DNA of 63,923 nt, counting the filler, from Reclinomonas americana ATCC 50394 (taxonomy: Eukaryota): the NCBI GenBank assembly GCA_048213135.1. It is 18 parts of 18 records of this genome, joined end to end, with 100 filler letters (N's around TTAATTAATTAA, not from the genome) between each part and the next. Parts side by side here need not be neighbours in the genome. Positions count along the whole stretch, not along the records: positions 23,304 to 25,200 come from AFZH01016908.1; positions 25,301 to 32,552 come from AFZH01016909.1; positions 32,653 to 36,319 come from AFZH01016910.1; positions 36,420 to 38,996 come from AFZH01016911.1; 14 more parts are not named here. One strand, written 5' to 3'. The notes under the pieces were generated by a model, which saw only the letters and a list, made by a program, of their open reading frames with translations, made no database searches and was not told the DNA's origin. Positions 25,002 to 36,521 of the stretch are shown here, piece after piece; the stretch's first letter is position 1; every line of letters starts with the position of its first letter. A program made the translations under genes and the position numbers.

Positions 25002-25200
25002 ATGTTGTCAAAGGTTCGCGCGCGCGTGTGTGTGCGTGTGTGTGTGCATGCCTTACCGTGACTGGTGCATGCAGGTCTTGAAGGGCCACTCTCAGGTGGT
25101 GTCGTGTCTCGCCATCACCCCCGACAGTCAGCACGTCGTGAGTGGGAGTGGCGACGGGACTTTGCGTGTGTGGTCACTGGCAAGCGGAGAAGAAGTGCGG
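25002..25200 (+). CDS. WD40-repeat protein, copy 3 (5' fragment)
   Basis: MLSK|VLKGHSQVVSCLAITPDSQHVVSGSGDGTLRVW, running into a gap. Confidence 0.88.
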
Positions 25201-25388
25201 NNNNNNNNNNNNNNNNNNNNNNNNNNNNNNNNNNNNNNNNNNNNTTAATTAATTAANNNNNNNNNNNNNNNNNNNNNNNNNNNNNNNNNNNNNNNNNNNN
25301 TCTCTCCCCCTTCTCTTCCCCATATCTTCCCCATCACTTCCCCCATCTCTCCCCCCATCTCTTCCCCCCTTCTCTCCCCCTCCCGCAG

Positions 25389-25985
25389 GCCACCCCGTCA
25401 ACGCCCTCGACGCCTGGCGCCTCGGAGTCGTCCCCATTCTGTGCCACCACCTCAGCAACCCGTTTGTGCGCGTGCGCGAGCTCACGGCGTGGTGCATGGA
25501 GGGGCTGTGCGCCCACTGTGGTAACAGCGCCAAAGCTGACATTCGTGGCTGCGGAGGTGTCGATGCCCTGCTGGATCTCGTGAACGACCACCGATGTCCG
25601 TCGGTGCAAGGTGGGAAGAAGGGCGATATGCAGGCTCATTTCCATTCGCGCTGACCTCGCGTGACACAGAGCACACGGCATGGGCACTCCATCGTATGAT
25701 GAGCGACCACGATGGTTTGTGCTTGGGAGGTCTCTGGCCTTTTTTGCCGCCCGTCGTCTCACCTCCCCTCCTCCTACTGCAGCTAATATAATCGAGGTCA
25801 TCAGGCTCGGTGGCGAGGATGTGCTGGCGAGCGTCACGCGGCGATTCGAGGACGAGCTGGCCGCCGCAGACGACCCGCTCACCGTGCCGCAGGTGGAGAT
25901 CAAGGGCTCGCTGCAGGAGGCCTGTCTCGACATGTGGGAAATAATTGTGCAGTGGCGCGAGACGACACGGTTACGCGGCCACTGA
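25389..25985 (+). CDS. Armadillo-repeat protein, 3' part
   Basis: Three exons: GVVPILCHHLSNPFVRVRELTAWCMEGL, IRGCGGVDALLDLV...VQ|EHTAWALHRM, and NIIEVIRLGG. Confidence 0.7.
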
Positions 25986-26110
25986 AACTACAAGAGACGA
26001 GGCTCGCCCGCCCTCACCTATTTTATTTCCATTGTGTTGTTGTTTGTTTTGTGGGAGTACCCAAGAAAATTGCCGAATCATCGTACAAGCCTGTTTCCCT
26101 TTTTCATTAC

Positions 26111-29100
26111 CTAGTACACGGCGCGACGGCCCGACGGTGGCGACATGATGCCGGTATGCTGCGCCTCGTGCTCCGACAGCACCGACGACGGCCGCAAAAA
26201 CAACCCGTGATGCTGCTTACAGTCGAAGTATTTCCGCCCGTTCACCCGCCCGTCATTCATGCCGTACGCCTGGTCCAGCTCAACGCCAATCCACAGACCG
26301 TCGGCAAACTCGGGGGTGCCGACGTAGCGCACCGTGCCCTTCAGTCGGCGCGAGGTGGCCAGCACACGATCGCCAACCGTGACATGCAGCAGCTCACTCG
26401 ATTCCGACTGCACAGACGACGCCACCGAAGTCATGGAGGTCGGTGAACCTCGCATCGCTGCCGTCGTGGCGGCGGCACCACCAAACGGAGCGGGTGACGG
26501 GGAAGGCGTAAACGCCATGGTCGCCATGTTCACTGTGTGCGTTCCGTCAGTTGCCCCCGAGGACTGTGGTGGTGGTGGTGGTGGTGGTGGTGCTCGATAA
26601 TTCGCACGCACGGCGTCGTTGTCGTACGGTCGCAGCGCATCGGCCATGAGGCTAAATTGCTGGGTGCGCATCCACAGCGCGCATTGACCCAACAGGCCCT
26701 CCTGCGAGGGAGAAGTGGAATCAGCCACAAGTTTCCCTCTTTTGCCAAGACGATCTCCACTCACCAGCTCAGCTATTCTCTTGGTATCGCCCTTTGGCGG
26801 CAGCGGCGCGCGCGACATCTCAAACGTGAAACTCCCTGGCGACTCGGAGCGACTCTGTGGCCGCTCTTGCGACGTCGGCAGCGACGGCGTGCTCGTCACC
26901 GTCGGCGAGCCCCACAAGCGCGGTGGCGACGACGAGTGACCCACCAGCGTATCACCCGAGTCCGACGCCGCACCGTCCATCACAGCGGCCACGGCCGCGC
27001 GTGTTGCTGCAGCGTCGACTGTGTATGACGAAAAGATGATGAGTTACGAAGAGGTGCGTCACCAAACTCTGCTCCTCGACGTACCGAGAGAGGCGTCGAG
27101 ACGGGCCTCATGTTCGCGCACTTGCCTCTCGAGGGCCACCGCGCGCAACCGCAGCGGCTCGATCTTGTCAATCACCACCTCGGCGCAGCGCGACACGGCA
27201 AGTACCCACTGACACAGCGCAGCGGCGGCCTTGGATATTTTGACCAGGTGCAGTGGGGCGCGGGCGAGCGACACCTGCCCGTTGCCAATGGCCAGCGTGA
27301 TCTGCCCCAGCAGCTGGCGCAGCTTGGCGACGCGCTCGGGACGCAGGCGATCAAAATGGAAGTCGGTGAGACGGCGCATAAAATCGGCGTAGTTGCCCAT
27401 GAAGCGCTGCGCCTGCAACCACGTGTACTGCCGACCGAGCAGGAGCATCAGTGGGTCCATGACCACGTGGATCTGCGAGATGGAGTGGAGGGAGAAAGGG
27501 TGAGCAGAACACGGGATGTAGAAAATGAAGAAAGACGATATCCCAGACACTGCCCTCTTCGTCATCCTCACCTGCATGGGGGGCTTCTCAAACGACCTCA
27601 GCTCCTGCACTTGCGCCTCGGAGGGCAGCGGGCACTGATGTATCACTTGCGCGAGCTCCGGATACAGCTGCGTCTTGGCATTCGACAGATCCGACTGAGC
27701 GCCGGCCAACTCCAGCCGCATCACGCGCAAATCCGACTCGAGCATCGACTGCTCCGTCAGCGGGGGTTGCGGGGGAGAGGGCGACTGCAGCGGGTGCAGT
27801 GGTGTTGATCTTGCCGTCGACGACGAATCCAGTGCGGCAATGGACGACGCGGCGGGTGATTCTCCGCGTGAAATCGCACCATCGTACCACGGCTGCGACG
27901 ACGAGGAGCGCGACACCGAGTTGGAGATGGTGGTGGGCGGCGCGCGGGCCCACTCATCGTCATCCTCGTCTTCATCGTCCTCCTCCTCCTCTTCTTCCTC
28001 CTCCTCCTGCTCCGTGTTCTTCTTGTACTTGTCGTCACGCGCCGCGACGGCCGCCGTAACCGCCATCATCGTGCGATCAATGTGCTGCAAGAAGGCATCC
28101 TCACGCGCAGCAACCGCAGCCGCCTGCGCTCGTGGCGACGACGCAGCCGCAGTCGGCGACGACTTGCTCGCCATCATCATCAACGCCATTTCTCGCTCTG
28201 CACACGACACGCCGAATGAACACACACACGCGTCGACGACAGCACCACCAAGGCCACTACTCAACGAATGCTCTGCAAATGCTGCCTCTCGCGCACCACA
28301 TCGCGCTTGCACGCCTCCAACTCGGCGCGCACTGGTCTCGCCCGCAACCACGCCCTCCCAAACGACGCACATGCCTCACACCACGCCTGCAACGCTCGTG
28401 CCTCGGGCGGCACTCCTCCCACCACCAGCACTGTAGACACAGGAGTCGTCGCAGGTGGCGGTGACGAGCTGCCTCCACCTGCAATCAAATTCGCCGGCAC
28501 CGGCTGCACTGTAGACACTGCCAGTGCCTCTTCCACGCGATCCAGCACCGCAGGCGTGAACTGCGCCGGATCGTACTCCATCAACAGCGTATAGAAGCCC
28601 GTCTGCGACATGGCCCGTCGCAGCTCCGTCCACGCAGTCGCCCTGCCGAGCAGCATCGAAAACGCCTCGAGCAGTGGCACGAGTTCCGCAGGCAGAGTGG
28701 TGTGCGATCGCAACGCAGACAACGATGCGCGGTCGATGCTCGCTCGCATCGTCGCGCGCCAGTGCTCACACTCGGCCTCCACGCGCTGCACTTGGGTGGT
28801 GAGGTGCAGGCGTTCGCTCTCGGCGCGCATCAGACGCTCAATTGTCGCCGCTTGCTCGGCGGTGCGGAACGGGTCTGTCGAGAGAAGGCGGTCCACAGAC
28901 TGTGGAGAAAGAGAGAGAGAGAGAGAAAGGGAAGAGAGTGTGTGTGAGAGAGAGAGAGCGGGCCCGGTCGATGACGGATAAACCCGCGCCTAATATCGAT
29001 CGCCTCTTTTCTCTCTCACTTACACACACTCTTTCTCACACACTCACTCACTCACTCACTCACTCTCTTTCACACACACTCCGCACACCAATCAATCACT

Positions 29101-29349
29101 CAATGCATTTCTCACCCAACTCACTCTCCCACTCTCCCACTCACTCATTCGCTCACACACTCACTCACTCACTCACACACTCTCGCACACACTCACTCAC
29201 TCTTTCACTCACACACTCCCTTCATTTCTCACATTTTCGCTTTCCCACACTTTCACTCTCCCACACACTCATCCACGCTCTTTCACACTCACTCCCTCTC
29301 TCTCACACACACTTTCTCACTTGCTTCCACTCACATCACCGTCGCTCAT
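26111..29349 (-). CDS. Protein with two dynein-stalk microtubule-binding-like domains and a C-terminal CAP-Gly domain
   Basis: CAP-Gly: VGDRV...GTVRYVGTPEFADGLWIGVELDQAYGMNDGRVNGRKYFDCKQHHGLFLRP. MTBD-like: ELRSFEKPP...VMDPLMLLLG..TWLQAQRFM...FMRRLTDF...KISKAAAALCQWVLAV...KIEPLR, plus a more diverged copy at ~28300-28750. The first two small exons are tentative. Confidence 0.85.
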
Positions 29350-29754
29350 CGTTTCTCGATATTAGTCCACGAAATTTCACTTGCAAACATTGACATTTTT
29401 GTGGTTCGTCGGAACGCGATCGCCACCTGCCTTTCTCCATGTGTGTGTCGCGTTCCTTTTGCGCACGTGCATGCATACTCCCTCGTGCATCATCGCTTTC
29501 TTGTTTGTGTTTGTGTGTGATTTTTGTATGTGGGGAATGTCGGGTTTTTTTGTGAGTGCGTGCGTCCCGAGCACAACCACCAACCACACATGCACGCGCT
29601 TCTTTCTCTGCGTGTATGCGTGTGTATGCGTGCGCATGTCTCTCTTGCTCTTGCTTGTGTGCACTCCCTCTTGTGCTTCTCTCTGTCGCGCTTGAGAGCC
29701 GCGCCATGTCGACTCACTCTCTCTCTCTTGCACAGCCTCTCGCTCTCTCTCATC

Positions 29755-31719
29755 ATGTCAACTCCACTCGGCACCTCGCGATTCCCCGGCTCTCCCAGCT
29801 CCGTTCGCGGTGGTCCGTCTTGCCTGTGTAACAACACACACACAGGTCGCGCAACTCGTTGTCTCACATTACTCTCTGTGTGTGCAGGCTTGATGGGCTC
29901 TCCGAACGGCGCCGCCAGTGCCGCAGCAAAGGCGTCGCCGCGAACGATTCTTGAGCCACTTTGTTGCGTGTTTTACTCGTGTTTTTCATGTGCATGTGAG
30001 GTGCATTTGTTTGTTGATTTTCCGTGTGTGTGCCTATGTGCAGCGGATATGCGTGGATCGCCAGCAAGTGGAGTGCGGTCGCCGACAGGACTGAGCCCGC
30101 GAGGTGAGAGGAGTGATTTGGAGAGAGAGAGAGAGAAGTTTGAGAAACGTGCAAGCTTTGCAAGACAGGCAGTACTGAGAGCTTCCTGTGCGTTCTCTTT
30201 CGCGTGCATGTGTGTGCGTGCGTGTGTGTGTGTGCGTGTGTGCGTGCGTGCGTGTTTTCTTGCTCGCTGACTGGGAACGGTTGGTTGTTTGTTTCTGTTG
30301 TTTGTGTGCAGGTGATGCCTTGTCACCTGCGCAGTCGAAGCTGGTGCGTGTGGCGGAACAGGTGGTGGGAAGCTCGTCGGCTGTCATTCAAGACACACGA
30401 GTTGCGTCTTGTGTTGGCTATGCGACGTGCATAATCATCGGAATAATTTTACTGATCGTGTTGGTGTGTGTAGGCGCGAAGGGAAGCGGAGGAGCGGCGT
30501 TATGCGGATTTGGAGGATATGGTGCGACAGGTGGCCAAGGATCTGCGTGCGGAGCAGGAGGTCCGCAAGGAGACGCAGGACAGCTTGGAAGTGGTGCGTG
30601 GCAGCAACGATGTCCTCTCGCTCTCCTCATCCCTCCCTCCCCTTGTCTCTCTCTCTTTCCATTGCGTGCCCATGACTATGCAACTGCAAACTGAGAACGG
30701 TCGATTGTCGTTGGTGTGCGTGTGCGTGTGTGTGTGCGTGTGGTGGGCCATGTCGCAGAAATTCCTCGCCACGTTGACCGGCATCGAGCGCAAGGGCTCT
30801 GATCAGAACGTGTCGGTGCGTGACGCGTTGGAGACGCTGGTTGCACGCGTGTCGATGCTGGAGAAGGAGAAGCAGGACGAGAAGGTTGGTTGTTTTATAT
30901 TGCTGTGTTCGGTATTGTTATTGGCCGGTTCTGATATCTTGCCCCCCGACATGCGCAGCAAAGTCGCGACTACTTTGAGCAGCAGATCCGCGATCAGTTC
31001 ACCAAGATGTTGGAGACGCGCTCGGAGGCCGACGAGGTGTTCCGTCGTCGTCTGCAGGAGGAGAACGCGCAGATGCGCGAGACGCTGACGCGCGAGAACC
31101 AGGTGCGACCGCCACTAGTTTCTTCTCACCTCGTCCTTCATCGCACTCACCGCATACTCGCATTCACAGAGGATTCTGTCGCAATTCGACCCCATTTTTG
31201 CCACCATGGAGGACGTGAAGCGGCAAATGGCGCAGGATCGCGAACGACAGGTGTTGCTGTCGGAGCAGATTGAGCGTCTGGCGGGACAGATCAAGGCGCT
31301 GCAGGCACAAATGCAGGACGAGAAGAACAGCCGACTGGAGCAGGAGGTGATGCTGGTGAAGAAGTCGGAGGAGGACATGCGACGAACACGAGAAAAGTTC
31401 GACACAGAGAGCAAGGCGCGCGACATTTCGCTGCAGACCATTCAGCGGTCAGTGGAGTCGGCCATCACCAACGTCCGCGAGCGTCTCCAAGTGTCTATCG
31501 ACCAGCTTGACGAGTTTGTCAAGAGCCGTGTCGCCAGCCTCGATTCGCGGCTGGAGGAGCAAATCAAGGTGCGCACTCTCAACTCGTCTCCATGTTTTTC
31601 TCTCTTCTCGTTGCTCAACGACGCCGCAGATTCGTGAGGCCGCCGAGGAAGACATTGTCAACAGCCTCGGCAACTCCATTCTCGCCATTCAGCAAACGCT
31701 GCAGGACATGGGCCGATGA
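29755..31719 (+). CDS. SF-assemblin/beta-giardin-like coiled-coil protein
   Basis: Nine exons. SP-rich head, long coiled coil, and C-terminus IREAAEEDIVNSLGNSILAIQQTLQDM resembling the SF-assemblin RxxEDxxIVxA...LQxGL end. Confidence 0.65.
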
Positions 31720-32159
31720 GCAGTCCACACTGGCGGTGGAGTGTGGCCGAGGGGAAAGTGTGAGGTGGAGGGGAGGCCGGGGCGGGGAGAGAAAAGACTG
31801 CACGCCATTGTTGCGCGAAAGCCTCTTGGTGTGTGCGTCATTTTTCTTTTCCCCCCAGGCCTCACCGCGGTTTCCCAACTGCTGCCGCTGCTGCTTGTTT
31901 TTCCCCTTTTTTTGTGTTGTTGTGTTCGATACACTTGTCTCTCTCTCTCTCTCCTTCTCGGTCTCGCGTGTGCGAGTCCATCTTGCCTCCTCTCTCTCCT
32001 TCTGTCTCTCTCAACAGTGTAACATCAGCTGTCACCATGTACTTCAAGCGTGTGTTGATCATGGGGAGTTCCATGGCATGAAGACAAACATCACCAAACT
32101 CTCCCTTTGCCCCAATCCCCATCACCACATGGCACACACTTTGCCGCTGCCTTTCACTA

Positions 32160-32552
32160 CTACTCGGCATTGCCGTTGTCAGCGCGCCCGTCTCCGTCGT
32201 CATCCTCGTCTTCGCCCAAGTACACATCCTCAATCACGGGAATGGCCGCGACCTTGGCCGACAAGCGCGCGGCCGCCGACGACGCCGCCGCAGTCGTTGT
32301 CGTCGTCGTCGTCTCCGTCGTCATCGTCATCGCCGTCGGTACATCACTCTCACTGACCAGCGCCCGCTCGCGCGCCCACCGAATCAGACGTTGCCGGAAG
32401 GCCACATTGGTCAACAAGCACTCGCGCTTCTCCGCCACCAACCGCACCGCCGGGAACAAGCCACGCTGCTCATGCCACGCCGAGTAGGCCACCACCATGG
32501 CCCCACTCCGATTCACCCCGGCCATACAGTGCACCAGCGCGCGTCCGCCACA
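32160..32552 (-). CDS. Dual-specificity protein phosphatase, 3' part
   Basis: Catalytic loop LVHCMAGVNRSGAMVVAY followed by NVAFRQRL. Confidence 0.9.
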   Translation of the reverse strand, partial: CGGRALVHCMAGVNRSGAMVVAYSAWHEQRGLFPAVRLVAEKRECLLTNVAFRQRLIRWARERALVSESDVPTAMTMTTETTTTTTTAAASSAAARLSAKVAAIPVIEDVYLGEDEDDDGDGRADNGNAE

Positions 32553-32652
32553 NNNNNNNNNNNNNNNNNNNNNNNNNNNNNNNNNNNNNNNNNNNNTTAA
32601 TTAATTAANNNNNNNNNNNNNNNNNNNNNNNNNNNNNNNNNNNNNNNNNNNN

Positions 32653-32700
<48 letters not shown>

Positions 32701-32874
32701 ACACACACACACACAGAGTGAGAGGGAGAGTGAGCTGTCTGTGCGTTGTGGATTTGTCGTCCTTCTAGAGAGGTTCAGTTCTCGTGAGGCAGCTTGATTC
32801 ATGTGCACCCACTCCCATTGTCTGAGAAAATGGCGCGAATCGTGGAACCAATAGTACTCTTTGCTGTGTCGCAG

Positions 32875-35800
32875 CGCTGGACGCGCAAGTCGTGCTTCTG
32901 GCTCCGTCGGACTGTGTTGCATTCACCACCGGTGGCAAGCTGCAAGTCGTCGATCTCACTGGCACAAGCCTGGACACCATCTACAACTTTGGCAGCACAT
33001 TCTCGGTGTAAGTCTTGCGAACATACTGATCGTGTCAATTCGTGTCTGTCTCCTCTTCCATCGTTTCCCGCACCTTTTTTTCTCGGCCTGTCAGTCACGC
33101 ATGCGTGCACTGGTCTGTGAGCGGATGTCACACAGCAGCGAGTTCCTTTTCGCTGGATGCGATCCCTTGTTTTGTGGCATCTCTCTCTCTCTCTCTCACA
33201 CGCAACACACGCATCCTGTCTCTTGGTTTCTCATGCGCGCGCTCTCCTTCTCACACGCTCACCCCTCTACACCCCCCTCTCTCTCTCATTTCTCTGTCTC
33301 GTTCTCCCGCGCACGCGTGTGTGTGTGACACCAACTCCTGTCATCGTCGCAGCGCACTACTCTCTTGTCATCGCCCTCATACTCTCTTCTCTTAAGCTTC
33401 TTCTCATTCCCCTTCACCTCACATTGTGATCTCTCTCTCTCTCTCTCCGCCCACGCAGCAACGACGCCGGCGGCAACTTTGCATTCGGTTCCAACCTCTT
33501 CGACCTGCAGGCGACGACACTGCGGCTGCAGTTCGACTCTGCTCCCTCTGCTGTCTTTGATCAGCACTTCTTCCTGTTCGCGGATGGTGTGAACACCGGC
33601 ATTGATGTATGGATCGGAGCGACATGCATCGACACGCCACTGATCAAGGTCACGCGCGGCGGTTGCTTTGAGGACTTGCAGATCGTCCCTGTGATTGGCA
33701 GTACTTTCGTTGACTTCCCCGGTGCGCTGTCGTGCTCAGTGTGTTGACCTTGTTTGCAAGGAGACCCTCACGCTGACTCCTACACTCGCGCACAGTCCGA
33801 CAGTACGCTCTGTTCACCGACAACAGCGGCGCTCCCTTCGTGATCTGTAATCCGAGCAACATCAATCTCCAAGTGACAGTTCTGCTCGACAGCGTGACTG
33901 ACTTGGGAAACGAAAAGCTGTCCTTCCAGACCACTGTGCAACGAGTCAGCAGCAGCACTCCGTACTACCTGTGCATGCGTCGCAGTAACACCAGCAACTG
34001 GGCCTATGTCGGTGCGTTTACTTCCTGGTTTGTATGAAGAGGAAGGAGGGCCTCGATTCACATGTTGTTGTTATTATCTTGCAGGTCCGGCGGTCTATGT
34101 TGGTGGCGTGTGCACCAATACAATCGCACGTATCCAGCTCCCTGATCCAACTGGTTCGGTTGCGTGCACTGCCCCGCGTGAAGTCATTGTCTCTGGTTTC
34201 GGCATCGAGAACGGCAACAACGCGGTGAGTTGTCGACCGTGACAATCACCTGCTGGCAATTTAGACAACTCTCATGTCCACTTCCCTCTCTACCCTTCCC
34301 TTTCCCCTCCCCTCCCTTTCCCATTCCCTTTCCTTCCCTTCCGTCCCTTTCCTTCCCTCTCTTCTCTCCCTTCCTCCCTTTCATCAGTATCAAGTCGCCA
34401 CCGACCGGACGTGTGTCACCCCCACCGCAGTGGCCACCGTCAGCAACCCGGTGTACAACGGCTCAACATTGGCGCTGACCTTCCAGGTGGCCAGCTCTTC
34501 CTCGGCGACCTTCTACCTGTGCAGCACCGATACAACGACCGACGGTGGACAGTAGTTTCGTCGAGTTTTTGGAGCTTTCTGTCACCTCCTTGTGTTCTTA
34601 TTCTTCTTCCGCTGATTGCGTAGCACATGGACTGGCTCCGTTGTCCGTGTGGACGGGCCGTGCATCGCAGCCGGCGTGTTTTCGAACGCGTTCCCACTCG
34701 CGCTGACACCTGGCGCGTGCTACACGAATACTCAAGCCATCTCTGTCAAGGGAAGCAGCTTCCTGGATCCCACGCTGCCGGCAAACGTCGCCAAGCGCTA
34801 TGCCATCTTTGACGAAGACACGTGCACGACACCGCGATCCGGCTACACGGTTGTGGCTTCGTTGCGTTCACGGCTGCATTTGCTCGGTGGACGTGCATTG
34901 CAGTGTCTCACCGTCTCTCTTTGTATCAGTGCCTCTGGTGCAGTGTGGAGTGCCACAAATCAGCGGCTGTTGATCACACTTACATCGGCTGTGAGCACCA
35001 ATACTGCTCTCGGCTACGTGGTACGTATGGATGTCAAGTGCCCAGCCATCGTGTGTGACGTGCTGTTCGGTTGACCGTTTGTGGCACGCTGCAGTGCTTC
35101 AAGAGTGCTGATAGCGGTACGAACTGGATATTCACTGGCGCTTCGATTGTAGTGGACGGAGCGTGTGTCAATCGACCCAAGTCGATCTTGCTGACGGATC
35201 CTGCGTGTCCGGCGGCCACATTGACTCGCACTTTCACTCTTGTTGGTGCTGATTTGTCGACATCTAGCACAGTTGCGGCGGATGACGTTTGACGAGGGTT
35301 GCGTCGACGCTGTGCCTGACACGAACTCTTTTTTGTGTGTCCCATGCGCAGTACCGTGTGTTCACGGATGTGGCGTGCTCGTCCACTGCCAGTGCGCCAG
35401 TCACGACGGCATCGCCCACGTCGGTCACTGGCACAACCAGCATGTCGCTTGTATTGGCATCGGCTACGCTGGTCGCCGACGCCGATCTGTATTTGTGCTC
35501 GTCGACTGCAGCTGCGAATGGCAGCTATTCTTGGTCTGGTGCGGTCATCCGCAATGATGGATCGTGCATCTTGAATACGACGTTCTCCGGCAACCCGAAG
35601 ATCCTGCTGACGCCTGGTGCTTGTTTTGTCCGACAGTTACGCACCGCTTGTCCATTCATTCATTCATTCATTCGCTCTGTGTCTCACACCGGCGCATGGC
35701 ACTCACGCCATCTTTGTATCACAGACGCACGGTGGCGGTGGTGGGTCAGACACTTCCGGATCCGGCCATCCTGTCGGTGGCTGTTTTCGGCTCGAGCTTC

Positions 35801-36446
35801 AAGACTGTGGCTGCGTATCCGAACCAGGTGTATGCGCTGTCGCCGTCGGCCACGTGCGACACACTGGACACGTCGATCTCTGTGTCGCGGCTGTCTGTCG
35901 ACAGTGCGATGATGGAGACGCTCAGCTTCAACACTGTCAGTCGCTTGACATCGTCGGCCACTGCGCTGCACTTGTGCGTGCGCAACCTGACAACGCAGAG
36001 CAACTATGTCAGCACGGTGAGTGTGAGGAGGGCAAGCTTTGCATACTTCGGGGGTGTGCTCACTGCGTGTGTGAATAGGGTGCGACTGTGCGAGTGGCTG
36101 GTGCCTGCTCGCTGTCTCCGACGCGTATTGTGATTGCCGACAAGAGTGGTGGTGCGCAGTGCGCAGTTGCGCGTGTGGTGACGCTGACGGGCACCGACTT
36201 GGCGGCGTCGAACACGGTGCGACGATTGTCTTGCAGCAAGTGTGTGCATGTGAGCGAGCACACAAGAGTTGGATGCTGACTGTGCGTGTGGTGTTTGCAG
36301 TATGCGGTGTTTTCTGATGNNNNNNNNNNNNNNNNNNNNNNNNNNNNNNNNNNNNNNNNNNNNTTAATTAATTAANNNNNNNNNNNNNNNNNNNNNNNNN
36401 NNNNNNNNNNNNNNNNNNNTTCGTTGTTCGTTCGTTCGTTACGTAG

Positions 36447-36521
<75 letters not shown>

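Noticed and set aside
34553..34555. Apparent in-frame TAG conserved in all three lectin-gene copies (stop reassignment or pseudogene)
   Set aside because: Explained by a split Tyr codon TA|C around a GTTTCGT...AG intron. I saw no evidence of an alternative genetic code.
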